Assembly (NCBI GenBank): GCA_041916635.1
Contig: JAYRZE010000001.1
Span: 2,860,949-2,924,948 of the forward strand
Direction: 5' to 3'
Origin: Sphingomonadaceae bacterium
GTDB taxonomy: Bacteria; Pseudomonadota; Alphaproteobacteria; Sphingomonadales; Sphingomonadaceae
DNA: 64,000 bases
Below are positions 36,945 through 47,715 of the stretch, in pieces (the first letter of the stretch is position 1; each line of letters begins with the position of its first letter). The position numbers and the translations under genes are program-made. The notes under the pieces were generated by a model. The model had not been told where the DNA came from and did not search any database. It saw only the letters and a program-made list of their open reading frames with translations.

Positions 36945-37877
36945 CTACATCTCCCCGCGCGAACGTCTCAGCGCATACCATTTCTGGACGTTCGCATTGT
37001 GTTGCTCGAGCGTGTCGGCAAAGACATGACCGCCCGTGCCGTCGGCCACGAAATAGAGCGCGCGGGTCGGTGCCGGATTGAGGACCGCCTCGATCGAGGC
37101 CTTGCCCGGATTGGCGATGGGGCCAGCGGGCAGGCCTGCCTTCGCATAGGTATTATAGCCGTTGTCCGCCGCCAGCTCCGATTTCAGGATGCGTCGGCCC
37201 AATGGGCGCCCTTTCGTTACGGGATAGATCACTGTCGGATCCGCCTGGAGTTTCATCCCCAGCCGCACGCGGTTCGAATAAACGCCCGCGACCGTCCGCC
37301 GCTCGCTTGCCTTGCCCGTCTCCTTTTCGACGATCGAGGCAAGGATGATCGCTTCCTCCGGGCTGCGCGCGACTGTTGTCGGCTTGCGGTCAGCCCAGGC
37401 CCTGGCAAGCGTCTTCGCCATTGCCTCCTGCATCCGCCTGAGGACGACACTGCGCTTTTCGCCCCGGGTGTAGGAATATGCATCAGGAAGGACGCTTCCT
37501 TCCGCCGGAACCGCAACACCGCCGATAAGATATTCGGCCGCCATCAGCTTGTCGGCGACAATGACGCTCGGCGTGCCTTCGGGAATGATGACGAAGCGCT
37601 GCTTTGTCTTGCCCGACTGGAGAAGCGCAAGCACATCGCCACTGCCCATCCCGGCCTTGATTTCATACTCCCCAGGTTTGATCGGCTCGGACGATCCGAA
37701 AACCCTGGCGTAGCGCAGAAAGCCCGACGCGGAATCGATTGCGCCCTGTTCCTCGAGCACGCGCGCGGCCGCCTTGAGGCTCGAGCCCGGTGGCACGACG
37801 ACGGTCACATCCTTGTCTGCGGCGCCCGAACAGGCTGTAAGCAGAAGCGCGGCCAGCAGGGCCAGCCAGAGGCGCAT
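36945..37877 (-). CDS. mltG: Endolytic transglycosylase MltG
   Basis: LASIVEKET, MKLQADPT, YNTY..GLPAGPIANPG, LYFVADG. Follows fabF. Confidence 0.96.
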   Translation of the reverse strand: MRLWLALLAALLLTACSGAADKDVTVVVPPGSSLKAAARVLEEQGAIDSASGFLRYARVFGSSEPIKPGEYEIKAGMGSGDVLALLQSGKTKQRFVIIPEGTPSVIVADKLMAAEYLIGGVAVPAEGSVLPDAYSYTRGEKRSVVLRRMQEAMAKTLARAWADRKPTTVARSPEEAIILASIVEKETGKASERRTVAGVYSNRVRLGMKLQADPTVIYPVTKGRPLGRRILKSELAADNGYNTYAKAGLPAGPIANPGKASIEAVLNPAPTRALYFVADGTGGHVFADTLEQHNANVQKWYALRRSRGEM

Positions 37878-39136
37878 CAGAGCGCCCGCATCACCAGGCT
37901 GGCGTTGGTTCCCCCGAAACCGAAGCTGTTGTTGAGAACGGCCTTGACCGGACGCCGCTTCGCAACGTGCGGAACCAGATCGACTCCCGAGCAGCTATCG
38001 CTCGGATTATCGAGATTGAGCGTTGGCGGCACAATCTGGTCGCGCATGGCGAGAATGCAGAAAATGCTTTCGACCGCGCCCGCGCCACCCAGCAAGTGCC
38101 CAATCGCCGATTTGGTCGATGACATGGACAGGCTACCGATCGCATTGCCGAATAGGCGGCGCACCGCGCCCAACTCAAGCTCGTCGCCAAGCGGCGTCGA
38201 TGTACCGTGCGCATTGACATAATCGATATCGGTAAGGGCAAGGCCAGACTTCTTCATCGCCATTTGCATCGAACGGAACGCCCCCGAACCTTCGGGATGC
38301 GGCGCCGTTACGTGATAGGCGTCGCCCGAAAGGCCATACCCGATCACCTCAGCGTAGATTTTCGCGCCGCGCGCCTTTGCCCGCTCATACTCCTCGAGCA
38401 CGACCACACCGGCGCCTTCGCCCATCACGAAGCCGTCGCGTGCCTGATCATAGGGCCGCGAGGCCTTTTCGGGCGTATCGTTGAACCCGGTCGAAAGCGC
38501 GCGGGCCTGCGCAAAGCCCGCAATCCCGATTGGACAGACCGTCGATTCGGAGCCGCCGGCGAGCATGACATCCGCATCGTCCATCGCGATCATCCGCGCC
38601 GCATCGCCGATCGAATGCGCGCCGGTCGAACAGGCCGTCACCACGGCATGGTTGGGGCCCATCAGGCCATATTTGATTGAGACTTGCCCCGAAATGAGGT
38701 TGATCAGCCGCCCATGCACGAAATGCGGAGAGACACGCCCCGGTCCTTTCTCGTGAAGGACGATGGATTCGCTCTCGATCCCAGGCAATCCGCCGATCCC
38801 GGAACCGATCGAGCAGCCTGCACGGAAGCGCTCCTCCTCGGTCATGTCGAGAAGCCCTGCGTCCTCGATCGCCTGGCCCGCGGCATCGATGCCATAGATA
38901 ATGAACGGATCGACCTGGCGCTGGACCTTGAAGTCGACACGCTTGTCGGCGTCGAAACCCCAGGGATGCTCCTTGGGCTTCACTTCGCAGGCAATGCGGC
39001 ACTTCTGGTTCGACGCGTCGAAGCGCGTAATCGGCCCTGCGCCCGACTTGCTGGCGATGAGATTGGCCCAGCTTGTCTCGACATCGCCACCCAGCGGCGT
39101 GACCAGCCCCAATCCGGTTACGACTACTCGACGCAT
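37877..39136 (-). CDS. fabF: Beta-ketoacyl-ACP synthase II
   Basis: VTACSTG, NAHGTST, GHLLGGAG, NSFGFGG. Confidence 0.98.
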   Translation of the reverse strand: MRRVVVTGLGLVTPLGGDVETSWANLIASKSGAGPITRFDASNQKCRIACEVKPKEHPWGFDADKRVDFKVQRQVDPFIIYGIDAAGQAIEDAGLLDMTEEERFRAGCSIGSGIGGLPGIESESIVLHEKGPGRVSPHFVHGRLINLISGQVSIKYGLMGPNHAVVTACSTGAHSIGDAARMIAMDDADVMLAGGSESTVCPIGIAGFAQARALSTGFNDTPEKASRPYDQARDGFVMGEGAGVVVLEEYERAKARGAKIYAEVIGYGLSGDAYHVTAPHPEGSGAFRSMQMAMKKSGLALTDIDYVNAHGTSTPLGDELELGAVRRLFGNAIGSLSMSSTKSAIGHLLGGAGAVESIFCILAMRDQIVPPTLNLDNPSDSCSGVDLVPHVAKRRPVKAVLNNSFGFGGTNASLVMRAL

Positions 39137-39153
39137 TGCATTCCCTTCACATG

Positions 39154-39190
39154 AAAGCGGCCCCCCGTCATATCAACGGAGAGCCGCTTT
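39154..39190 (-). terminator. Terminator or attenuating hairpin between acpP and fabF
   Basis: AAAGCGGC...GCCGCTTT inverted repeat. Confidence 0.65.
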
Positions 39191-39232
39191 GAGAATTCAC
39201 CGGCTCCCACTCGGGGTTCCGAATTGGTCCGC

Positions 39233-39469
39233 TTAGCCCTTGTTCGAATCGATATAGGCAATCGCGTCGTTGACGGTCGCGATCTTCTCGGCGGCATCGT
39301 CGGGAATTTCGACACCGAACTCCTCTTCGAACGCCATCACGAGTTCGACGATATCAAGGCTGTCTGCACCGAGATCGTCGATGAAGCTTGCTTCCTCGGT
39401 CACTTTCTCGGCTTCAACACCGAGATGTTCGACGACGATTTTCTTTACGCGGTCGGCAGTCTCGCTCAT
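39233..39469 (-). CDS. acpP: Acyl carrier protein
   Basis: [16 protein letters not shown]...[20 protein letters not shown]. Confidence 0.99.
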   Translation of the reverse strand: MSETADRVKKIVVEHLGVEAEKVTEEASFIDDLGADSLDIVELVMAFEEEFGVEIPDDAAEKIATVNDAIAYIDSNKG

Positions 39470-39587
39470 GGATAGTCCTTCTCGTTCATGTGTGAGCAAT
39501 ATTTGAATTCGCCCTAAAGCGGGCGCGGCAGACTGGCAACCCCCCACGGCCAGGTGACGGTCGGGAAACCCCGTCCGCCGAAGCGGG

Positions 39588-40328
39588 TCAAAGCATCGCC
39601 ATCCCGCCATTTACGTGGACCGTCTGGCCGGTCACATAGCCGGCTTCGCGCGAGGCGAGATATGCGACGGCAGCGCCAATATCCTGACCGTCACCAAGCC
39701 GGCCGGCGGGGATTCGCGCCGTCAGCGCCTCTTTCTGGGCATCGGGCAGCACATCGGTCATCGGCGAAGTGATGAATCCCGGCGCGACACAATTGACGGT
39801 GATATTGCGGCTCGCCAGCTCCTGGGCCAGCGCCTTCGACATGGCGGTCAGCCCGCCCTTCGATGCGGCGTAGTTGGCCTGCCCCGGATTGCCCGTCGCT
39901 CCCACGACGCTGGTAATCGTGATCACTCGCCCAAAGCGTGCCTTCATCATCGGCTTGCATGCCGCGCGGATCAGGCGGAACGCGGCCTCGAGATTGACGC
40001 GGATAACCGTGTCCCATTCCTCGTCCTTCATCCGCATCGCCAGATTGTCGCGCGTCACGCCGGCATTGTTGACGAGGATATCGAGCTGCCCGCCCAATGC
40101 TTCAACGGCGCGGGGAACAAGGCCATCGACGGCCGCGCTGTCCGAGAGGTCGCACGGCAGGATCAGCGGATCGCCCGGCAAGGTCGCGGCAACCGCCTTC
40201 AATGCCTCTTCGCGCGTCCCCGAAAGCGCAACCCGGGCACCCTGCCCCGCAAGTGCCGCTGCAATCGCGGATCCGATCCCGCCCGAAGCACCGGTCACCA
40301 GCGCAGTCATTCCTGTAAGATCGAACAT
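39588..40328 (-). CDS. fabG: 3-oxoacyl-ACP reductase
   Basis: [18 protein letters not shown]. Confidence 0.97.
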   Translation of the reverse strand: MFDLTGMTALVTGASGGIGSAIAAALAGQGARVALSGTREEALKAVAATLPGDPLILPCDLSDSAAVDGLVPRAVEALGGQLDILVNNAGVTRDNLAMRMKDEEWDTVIRVNLEAAFRLIRAACKPMMKARFGRVITITSVVGATGNPGQANYAASKGGLTAMSKALAQELASRNITVNCVAPGFITSPMTDVLPDAQKEALTARIPAGRLGDGQDIGAAVAYLASREAGYVTGQTVHVNGGMAML

Positions 40329-40330
40329 GT

Positions 40331-41266
40331 CTAGAATTCCTTCACCAAGGCTTCGATGTCGTCCATCGAGATCACACTTGTCGTGTTGGCGTCTGGCGCG
40401 GAGCGCTTGACCATGGGGCCAAGGACCTTGCCCCCGAATTCCACGAAGTCATGCACGCCGCCATCGAACATCGCAATCACGCTCTCGCGCCAGCGCACGC
40501 GGCCCGTCACTTGTTCGACCAAGAGCGCCCTGATCGTGTCGGCATCAGCAACGGGAGCCGCAGTTACATTGGCATAAAGGGGAGCGAGCGGCGCTCGCAG
40601 CGCCGATCCGGCAAGCGCCTCCGCCATTGCGTCGGCCGCCGGCTGCATCAGGGGGCAATGGAACGGCGCCGAGACCGGCAGGAGAATTCCGCGCTTGATG
40701 CCATGATCCTTGACCAGCTCGATCGCACGCTCGATCGCGCCCCTGTGTCCGGAGATCACGACTTGCGACGGATCATTGTCATTGGCGACGGCACAGACTT
40801 CGCCCTTGGCCACCGCATCGGCCAGCGCCTGCGCCTTTTCCATATCCGCGCCCAGCAAAGCCGCCATCGCTCCGACACCCACCGGCACAGCCGCCTGCAT
40901 GGCCTGGCCGCGCAGCTTCAGCAGCCGTGCCGTGGTCGCCAGATCAAGCGCCCCGGCAGCGCAGAGAGCCGAATATTCGCCAAGGCTGTGCCCCGCCACG
41001 AACTGCGCCTTGTCCGCCAGCCGGATCCCGCCTTCCTTTTCCAGCACGCGCAGCGTTGCAATGGCGTTGGCCATGATCGCGGGCTGGGCGTTTTCCGTGA
41101 GAGTCAGCTGATCTTCCGGCCCTTCGATCATCAGGCGGAAAAGCTTTTGCCCCAACGCATCGTCGACTTCCTCGAAAACCTCGCGGGCAATGGCGCTGGC
41201 ATCGGCCAGCGCCTTGCCCATGCCGACAGATTGGCTGCCCTGCCCCGGAAAAATGAATGCGCGCAT
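40331..41266 (-). CDS. fabD: Malonyl-CoA:ACP transacylase
   Basis: FPGQGSQ, GHSLGEY, VSAPFH. Confidence 0.98.
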   Translation of the reverse strand: MRAFIFPGQGSQSVGMGKALADASAIAREVFEEVDDALGQKLFRLMIEGPEDQLTLTENAQPAIMANAIATLRVLEKEGGIRLADKAQFVAGHSLGEYSALCAAGALDLATTARLLKLRGQAMQAAVPVGVGAMAALLGADMEKAQALADAVAKGEVCAVANDNDPSQVVISGHRGAIERAIELVKDHGIKRGILLPVSAPFHCPLMQPAADAMAEALAGSALRAPLAPLYANVTAAPVADADTIRALLVEQVTGRVRWRESVIAMFDGGVHDFVEFGGKVLGPMVKRSAPDANTTSVISMDDIEALVKEF

Positions 41267-41473
41267 TGTCGCTCCCCGATTGTTTCGCAGCCCCGACTAG
41301 AAACCGGAACGCTTGCGCGCAAGCCCGTCAAGCGGGTTGACTCCAAGCCCTTAGAGTCGCAGCCTTTGCCCATAGATGGACACGATGCCAAGCGATCGTG
41401 AATCCATCAGGGTCCGCCTGTCACGTTCAGTTGCGTTTTGTCGCGTTGGACCATCAAAGTCAGGAGAAGAACG

Positions 41474-41953
41474 ATGAAAGTTGCACATCTTGTGCGCGGC
41501 GGCTGCGTTGCCGCCGCAGCTTCGCTCATTGCCACATCCGCGCCCGCTGCGGACAACCCACAGATTGCCGCGGCCGTCATGGCGCTTGCGCGCGCGCAAT
41601 GGGCGGCAGAGATTGCCGGAAAATCGGGTGCCGAGCAGAATGTATCGCTGGCCGACGACTATACCGAGTTCAACCCGGACTATCCGACCCGGCTCGAGGG
41701 GAAGGCAATGGCCACCGCGATGACCGATGCCTTCGGCAGGAATGACGTGGCGGTCTATTCCGACATGCAGAATCCGAAAGTGCAGGTCTATGGCGATACG
41801 GCGATTCTCACATACAATTTCGCTGGAATCCGTCGGGATGCATCCGGCAAGACGAATGCCAACACAGCCAAATCGACGCGCGTCTATGTAAAAATGGGCA
41901 ACGAATGGAAGCTGGTCCATGCCAACTTCGCGCCAGTCTCGACCGGAAACTGA
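41474..41953 (+). CDS. Secreted NTF2-like (DUF4440) protein
   Basis: AGGAG RBS, signal peptide, VQVYGDTAILTY...STRVYVK..EWKLVHANF. Confidence 0.85.
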   Translation: MKVAHLVRGGCVAAAASLIATSAPAADNPQIAAAVMALARAQWAAEIAGKSGAEQNVSLADDYTEFNPDYPTRLEGKAMATAMTDAFGRNDVAVYSDMQNPKVQVYGDTAILTYNFAGIRRDASGKTNANTAKSTRVYVKMGNEWKLVHANFAPVSTGN

Positions 41954-41959
41954 TGCACC

Positions 41960-41989
41960 GGGCGGAGGCGAGTCCCCTCGCTTCCGCCC
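41960..41989. terminator. Bidirectional terminator
   Basis: GGGCGGAGGCGAG-TCCC-CTCGCTTCCGCCC, a 13-bp stem between convergent genes. Confidence 0.8.
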
Positions 41990-41995
41990 GCTCCG

Positions 41996-44311
41996 TCACA
42001 GGGCCAGCCGCCTCAATCGCAGCGCATTTCCGATCACCGAAACCGAGCTAAAGCTCATCGCGGCTGCCGCGATCATCGGGCTCAACAACAGCCCGAATGC
42101 CGGATGGAGCAGCCCCGCTGCCACCGGAACGCCCAAGGCGTTGTAGACGAAGGCGAAGAACAGGTTCTGCCGGATATTGCGCATTGTCGCCCGGCTCAGG
42201 TGGCGCGCCTTGGCAAGGCCCATAAGGTCTCCCTTGACTAGCGTTATCCCCGCACTTTCGATTGCGACATCGGTCCCCGTTCCCATCGCAATGCCGACTT
42301 CGGCCGCTGCAAGCGCGGGCGCGTCGTTGACACCGTCACCCGCCATTGCGACGACTCGGCCCGCGTGTCGCAACTCCGATATAATCCGATGCTTGTCCTC
42401 GGGTGAAACATTGGCACGAACATCCTCGATCCCTACGGCCGCGCCGACGGCTTTCGCCGTTGCCTCGCTGTCTCCCGTCAGCATGACGACATCCACACCT
42501 TCGCCGCGCAAGGCGGAAACGGCAGTGATCGTTGTCGGCTTGATCGGATCGGCGACGCCGATAAGCCCGGCCGATACTCCGTCCACCGCAACGAACATGA
42601 GAGTGTGTCCCTGGGTTCGCGATGCATTGGCTTGCGCAACCAAAGCGTCGTCGAGAAGGTCCAGGCGGGTCATCATCTTCTCGTTTCCGATGGCAACTTT
42701 GCGCCCTGCAACCAGCGCCTCGGTGCCCATGCCGGTCAATGACTTGAAGCCCGATGCTTCGTCCCGGGGGATTCCACGGTCTTCTGCTCCCCTGACGATA
42801 GCAGCGGCCAGCGGATGCTCGCTTTGCCGTTCGACTGCCGCCACAAGCCGAAGCAGCCCCGCCTCATCGATCGCGCCTATGGGCTCGACGCTCACAAGTT
42901 CCGGCCGGCCCAGTGTCAGCGTGCCTGTCTTGTCCACGACCAGCGTATCGACCTTTTCAAACCGCTCGAGCGCTTCGGCGTTCTTGATCAGGATTCCATT
43001 CTGCGCGCCCTTGCCGACCCCCACCATGATCGACATCGGTGTCGCCAGCCCCAGCGCGCAGGGGCAGGCAATGATCAGGACGGCAACTGCGTTCACCAGG
43101 CCATAGGCCAGCGCGGGCTCGGGCCCCCAAAGCGCCCAGGCCCCGAACGTCAAGAGCGCAACCGCCACGACAAGCGGCACGAACCATCCCGAAACCTGGT
43201 CGGCAAGCCTTTGGATCGGTGCTCGGCTGCGCTGCGCCTCCGCCACCATCTGTACGATCTTGGCAAGCAATGTATCCTTGCCGACACGTTCGGCCACCAT
43301 GATGAAGCTGCCTGTCTGGTTGACGGTCCCGCCCGTCACCGGACCCCCCGGCCGCTTGGCGACCGGAATGGGTTCGCCCGTTATCATCGCCTCGTCGACG
43401 CTGCTCGATCCCTCAAGGACCCGGCCATCGACGGGAATTTTGTCGCCGGGGCGGATGCGCAACCGATCCCCCTCTTTGACCATGTCGAGCGAGATTTCCT
43501 CGTCTCCGTCCGCCGTGACGCGCAAGGCCTTTGGCGGCGCAAGTTCGAGGAGAGCCCGCAAGGCCCCCGAAGTCTGCCCGCGCGCGCGGAGTTCGAGCAC
43601 CTGGCCGAGCAGGACCAGCGTCGTGATCACCGCCGCTGCCTCGAAATACACCCCGACCTGCCCGTGCATGTCGCGAAACGATGCGGGGAACACGCCCGGC
43701 GCCAGCACCGCGGCCACGCTGAAGAGATAAGCCACCGCGACGCCAAGCGAGATCAGCGTGAACATGTTGAGATGGCGGCTCCGCAGCGATTGCGCTCCGC
43801 GCACGAAAAAAGGCCAGGCGCCCCAAAAGACGACGGGCGTCGCGACGGCCATTTGCAGCCAGCGGACGGTATTTGCGGGAAGCCCCGGCGCGAACGGCCT
43901 GGCCATGAGCATTTCGCTCATGACATAGGCGAACAATGGAAAGGAAAGCGCCCCGCTGATCCAGAACCGCCGTCGCATGTCCAGATATTCCGGGTCAGGC
44001 CCCTCAACGAGCGATGCCGTTTCGGGCTCCAGCGCCATCCCGCAGATCGGGCACGAGCCGGGCCCGATCTGCCGTATCTCGGGATGCATCGGGCAGGTGT
44101 AGATCGTGCCTTCGGGAAGAGCGGCAGGCGCATTTCCCTTGCCCGCGAGATAATGCGCCGGATCGGCCGCGAACTTTGCCTTGCAACCGGCGGAGCAGAA
44201 ATAATGCATCTGCCCTTCGTGCTCCAGACGGTGCGTCGTGCGGGCGGGATCGGTCGCCATCCCGCACACCGGGTCGGTTTCCGCGGTTTTGAGGTGATGT
44301 TCGTTAGTCAT
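41996..44311 (-). CDS. copA: Cu(+)-type P1B ATPase with YHS and CPMH metal-binding N-terminal domains
   Basis: DPVCGM/YFCS..C, YTCPMHP, TGE, CPC, DKTGT, SEHPL, GDGVND, YN and MSFSS ligands. Confidence 0.92.
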   Translation of the reverse strand: MTNEHHLKTAETDPVCGMATDPARTTHRLEHEGQMHYFCSAGCKAKFAADPAHYLAGKGNAPAALPEGTIYTCPMHPEIRQIGPGSCPICGMALEPETASLVEGPDPEYLDMRRRFWISGALSFPLFAYVMSEMLMARPFAPGLPANTVRWLQMAVATPVVFWGAWPFFVRGAQSLRSRHLNMFTLISLGVAVAYLFSVAAVLAPGVFPASFRDMHGQVGVYFEAAAVITTLVLLGQVLELRARGQTSGALRALLELAPPKALRVTADGDEEISLDMVKEGDRLRIRPGDKIPVDGRVLEGSSSVDEAMITGEPIPVAKRPGGPVTGGTVNQTGSFIMVAERVGKDTLLAKIVQMVAEAQRSRAPIQRLADQVSGWFVPLVVAVALLTFGAWALWGPEPALAYGLVNAVAVLIIACPCALGLATPMSIMVGVGKGAQNGILIKNAEALERFEKVDTLVVDKTGTLTLGRPELVSVEPIGAIDEAGLLRLVAAVERQSEHPLAAAIVRGAEDRGIPRDEASGFKSLTGMGTEALVAGRKVAIGNEKMMTRLDLLDDALVAQANASRTQGHTLMFVAVDGVSAGLIGVADPIKPTTITAVSALRGEGVDVVMLTGDSEATAKAVGAAVGIEDVRANVSPEDKHRIISELRHAGRVVAMAGDGVNDAPALAAAEVGIAMGTGTDVAIESAGITLVKGDLMGLAKARHLSRATMRNIRQNLFFAFVYNALGVPVAAGLLHPAFGLLLSPMIAAAAMSFSSVSVIGNALRLRRLAL

Positions 44312-44405
44312 GCACCCTGCTCCTAGGCGCAAAGGCTCACGAACATAGAGCGCGTGTCAAGGCAGGCGCGCGGCCATGCAGAAAATGCTGGTCTTAGCGG
44401 CCCCC

Positions 44406-45068
44406 TCAGGAATACGCGGGAAGCGTTCTTCGTCTGCGCCTAGCCGTCACGCCTATCAGGCCGAATCCCAGGATCATCATCGACCAGGTGGCCGGTTCCG
44501 GAACAACCGAAACACCGCCAAGCCGCACCTGTTTCAGCGAATCGACGGCGGCCCCGGTGGGATTCAGCGTGAAGGCAATATCCGTGATCACGTCCCCACC
44601 GGTCGTATAGCCGCTGAACCAGTTGTTCCCGTTTCCGGCGAGAGCGTAGATCGGGTATGGAGAGGTGGTCGTCAGCACCCCGTTCGCGCCCGTGATCGTG
44701 AAGGTCACGGTGGTCGCTTCGGCCGGCGGCGGATTGCCTGGCACGCCCTCAAGGTTGAATTCGAAGGCCGTGAACGATCCCCCGTTCGTCAGGAAAAAAT
44801 TGAGGCTGCCTGTCAAGACACCGCTTGTGCCGGTAACGCTCGATTGGCCGCCCTGGGCGACCAGCGTGTTGGTACCCATGACCGTGACCGCAGTACCGGC
44901 ATTCGTCGTCCCGAAAACGGTCGTTGCGGTCTGCACGCCCGTATTGAACAAGAGGTTCTCGTTAGTGGTGCCGCAATTCTGCGCCGCGCAGACGATCAAC
45001 GCGGCAGAGGCGGGCGAAACCCCCAGGAACGCCGCCGCAATGCCGGCAGCAATCATGCTTCTGTTCAC
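44406..45068 (-). CDS. PEP-CTERM (PEPxxW variant) surface protein
   Basis: Signal peptide, Thr/Gly/Asn-rich body, VPEPATWSMMILGFGLIG followed by RRRRR. GTG start after GGGAG. Confidence 0.92.
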   Translation of the reverse strand: MNRSMIAAGIAAAFLGVSPASAALIVCAAQNCGTTNENLLFNTGVQTATTVFGTTNAGTAVTVMGTNTLVAQGGQSSVTGTSGVLTGSLNFFLTNGGSFTAFEFNLEGVPGNPPPAEATTVTFTITGANGVLTTTSPYPIYALAGNGNNWFSGYTTGGDVITDIAFTLNPTGAAVDSLKQVRLGGVSVVPEPATWSMMILGFGLIGVTARRRRRTLPAYS

Positions 45069-45290
45069 TGGAATCTCCCTTTTCGTTTGCGACTCGAATC
45101 GAGAGGACGAACTATTTTAGCAGGGCGCGGCTTTCTCCAACAGGCGGCCATTGCGCAATTAACCAATAATTGTTCCAATTCGGGACAATCCGTGCCGCAT
45201 CCGCTGCGGACGGAGCCTAGCTCTCCCGCGCTGCGTATCGGACCCTGCCCGCTTTCCCCTTGCACTTGTCGCTGAATTCCGCCAATGGCG

Positions 45291-45328
45291 CGCCTCCCGG
45301 AAGGGAATCGAAGAAAGCCGGAGGGGCG
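45291..45328 (+). promoter_or_regulatory. Hairpin in the rpsF leader (possible S6:S18 autoregulatory element)
   Basis: CGCCTCCCGG...CCGGAGGGGCG stem upstream of rpsF. The function is inferred from position only. Confidence 0.3.
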
Positions 45329-45373
45329 TTCGCATGGTGCGGCGTCAGCGATCGGCATGGAAAGGCAAGACTT

Positions 45374-45778
45374 ATGGCTCTTTACGAGCATGTTTTTCTT
45401 GCGCGTCAGGATCTGGCCCAGGCCCAGGTGGACGCGCTGGCGGCGAACGCCACCGAAATCATCGAGAAGAATGGCGGCAAGGTCGTGAAGACCGAGACCT
45501 GGGGCCTGCGCAGCCTCGCCTACAAGATCGCCAAGAACCGCAAGGCGCACTATGTGCTGCTTGAGCTGGACGCACCGGGCACGGTCGTCGCCGAGCTGGA
45601 GCGCCAGACCCAGATCAACGAAGACGTGATCCGCTACATGACGGTGAAGGTCGACGCGCACGAAGCCGGCCCGTCGGTGATGATGCGCAAATCCGATCGG
45701 CGCGATCGCGAAGATCGTCCGCGCCGTGACCGTGATGATCGTCCGCGTCGCGACGACATGTTCGGAGGAGATGAATAA
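45374..45778 (+). CDS. rpsF: 30S ribosomal protein S6
   Basis: [13 protein letters not shown]...[18 protein letters not shown]. Confidence 0.99.
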   Translation: MALYEHVFLARQDLAQAQVDALAANATEIIEKNGGKVVKTETWGLRSLAYKIAKNRKAHYVLLELDAPGTVVAELERQTQINEDVIRYMTVKVDAHEAGPSVMMRKSDRRDREDRPRRDRDDRPRRDDMFGGDE

Positions 45779-45780
45779 TC

Positions 45781-46005
45781 ATGGCACGTCCATTTTTCCG
45801 CCGCCGCAAGAGCTGCCCCTTCGCCGCCAAGGATGCGCCGAAGATCGATTACAAGGATGTCCGCCTGCTTCAGGGATTCGTCTCCGAACGCGGCAAGATC
45901 GTCCCGTCGCGCATCACTGCCGTTTCCGCAAAGAAGCAGCGTGAGCTCGCCCAGGCCATCAAGCGCGCACGCCATCTCGGCCTGCTGCCCTATCTCGTGA
46001 AATAA
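45781..46005 (+). CDS. rpsR: 30S ribosomal protein S18
   Basis: [27 protein letters not shown]. Confidence 0.99.
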   Translation: MARPFFRRRKSCPFAAKDAPKIDYKDVRLLQGFVSERGKIVPSRITAVSAKKQRELAQAIKRARHLGLLPYLVK

Positions 46006-46017
46006 GGAGCAAGAACG

Positions 46018-46659
46018 ATGGAAGTCATTTTGCTCGAACGCGTCGAAAAGCTTGGCCAGATCGGTGACGTTGTTACCGTCAAGAACGGCTTTGCCCGCAA
46101 TTTCCTGTTGCCGCGCGGCAAGGCGCTCCGCTCGAACGCGGCCAATCTCAAGGTCTTCGAAGCCAACAAGGCGAAGATCGTTGCAGACAATGAAGCGAAA
46201 CGCGGTGAAGCCGAAAAGGCCGCAAAGACCGTTGACGGCACCGCCGTCACCCTGATCCGTCAGGCATCGAACACCGGCCAGCTTTATGGTTCGGTTGCTG
46301 TGCGCGACATTGTCGAGGCGCTGGAAGCCGAAGGCAAGAAGGTCACTCGCCAGCAGGTCGTTCTGGACAAGCCGATCAAGGCGATCGGCGTCTACGAAGT
46401 GAAGGTTTCGCTCCACGCGGAGGTCTCCGTCATCGTCAAGGTGAACGTCGCCCGCTCGCCGGAAGAAGCAGAACTTCAGTCGCAGGGCGTCGATGTTATG
46501 GCGCAGATGTTCGAAAAGGACACCGCAGGCTTCATCGAGGATTTCGATCCGAACGCCGAACCCGGCGTGATCGCCGGCGAAGAGCCCGAAGCGGCACCTG
46601 CCGCGGAAGCGGCTGCTGCAACCGAAGAAGAAGTCTCAGCAGCCGAAACTTCCGAATAG
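46018..46659 (+). CDS. rplI: 50S ribosomal protein L9
   Basis: MEVILLERVEKLG...GFARNFLLP, LYGSV, acidic tail. Confidence 0.99.
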   Translation: MEVILLERVEKLGQIGDVVTVKNGFARNFLLPRGKALRSNAANLKVFEANKAKIVADNEAKRGEAEKAAKTVDGTAVTLIRQASNTGQLYGSVAVRDIVEALEAEGKKVTRQQVVLDKPIKAIGVYEVKVSLHAEVSVIVKVNVARSPEEAELQSQGVDVMAQMFEKDTAGFIEDFDPNAEPGVIAGEEPEAAPAAEAAAATEEEVSAAETSE

Positions 46660-46672
46660 CAGGCCGCGGCCA

Positions 46673-47335
46673 ATGTTCCGGTTGATCCCGGTCCTATCGC
46701 CTGAACAAGTGACGCAGCTTCGCGAGATCGCAGCTGCGTCACGGTTCGTCGACGGACGGGTCTCCAACCCGCACTCTACCGTCAAAAACAATCTTCAGCT
46801 CCACGATTCCTCGGGACAGGAGAAGGCAGGCGAAATCCTGCGGCAGGCTCTCCTTGCGAGCGAGGAGTTTCGGGATTTCACGCTTCCCAAGGCGATCGCC
46901 CCACCTCTATTGGCACGCTATGAACCAAGCATGCATTACGGGCTCCACACCGATGCGGCGCTCATGCAGTTTCCGCGCGGCGTCGTTCGTGCCGATGTCA
47001 GTTGCACAGTCTTTCTGAACGATCCGGCGAGTTACGATGGCGGCGCACTTCGCGTGATGATCGGGATGACTCCGGTTTCCTTCAAGGAAGCTCCAGGCGT
47101 CGCGGTGATTTATCCCTCGACCACGCTGCACGAAGTGGAGCCCGTAACGCGCGGAGAACGGCTGGTCGGCCTCACCTTCATCCAGAGCTTCGTTTCCGAT
47201 CCCGCGAAGCGCGAGATCCTGTTCGAGCTCAACAACGTCGCAGGGCTCGAAGGTCTGAAGATGGCGCCGGACAATTATGTCCGGCTAAGGGCCATTCGCG
47301 ACAATCTCGAGCGACGCTGGTCCGACGCACCTTAA
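46673..47335 (+). CDS. PKHD-type Fe(II)/2-oxoglutarate hydroxylase (YbiX/PiuC-like)
   Basis: FVDGR, KNNLQL, HTD (HxD), SYDGG, YPSTTLHEVEPVTRGER. Confidence 0.9.
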   Translation: MFRLIPVLSPEQVTQLREIAAASRFVDGRVSNPHSTVKNNLQLHDSSGQEKAGEILRQALLASEEFRDFTLPKAIAPPLLARYEPSMHYGLHTDAALMQFPRGVVRADVSCTVFLNDPASYDGGALRVMIGMTPVSFKEAPGVAVIYPSTTLHEVEPVTRGERLVGLTFIQSFVSDPAKREILFELNNVAGLEGLKMAPDNYVRLRAIRDNLERRWSDAP

Positions 47336-47344
47336 GTTCCGCTG

Positions 47345-47665
47345 CTAGAGTTCGGCTTCGAGCCACCCCTTCAGTGCCGATTTGGGGGCAGCGCCAACCT
47401 TGGTCGCCGCTGGGGTTCCGTTTTTGAACAGGATCATTGTCGGGATTCCGCGCACTCCATACCGGGAGGGAGCGTCGGGGTTCTCGTCGATGTTGATCTT
47501 GGCGATCGTCACCTTGCCCGCAAGCTCGTCGCTGATCTCTTCGAGGCTCGGTCCGATCATCTTGCACGGCCCGCACCACTCCGCCCAGAAATCGACGAGC
47601 ACAGGCCCGCCCGCATTGATCACATCGGTTGCGAAACTCTGGTCGGTAATCTTCTTGGTGGCCAT
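47345..47665 (-). CDS. trxA: Thioredoxin
   Basis: [11 protein letters not shown]. Follows addA. Confidence 0.98.
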   Translation of the reverse strand: MATKKITDQSFATDVINAGGPVLVDFWAEWCGPCKMIGPSLEEISDELAGKVTIAKINIDENPDAPSRYGVRGIPTMILFKNGTPAATKVGAAPKSALKGWLEAEL

Positions 47666-47715
47666 TGGGGATTCTCCTTGCTTGGCACCCAATTTAGGCA
47701 GCCGTTCCGACATTC

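Noticed and set aside
44312-44405. CueR/CsoR operator upstream of the copper ATPase
   Set aside because: A TTGACA hexamer is present on the minus strand, but I could not find a dyad between the -35 and -10.
45069-45200. Sigma54 promoter for the PEP-CTERM gene
   Set aside because: TGGC...TTG is present, but the spacing and the -12 GC do not fit the -24/-12 consensus.
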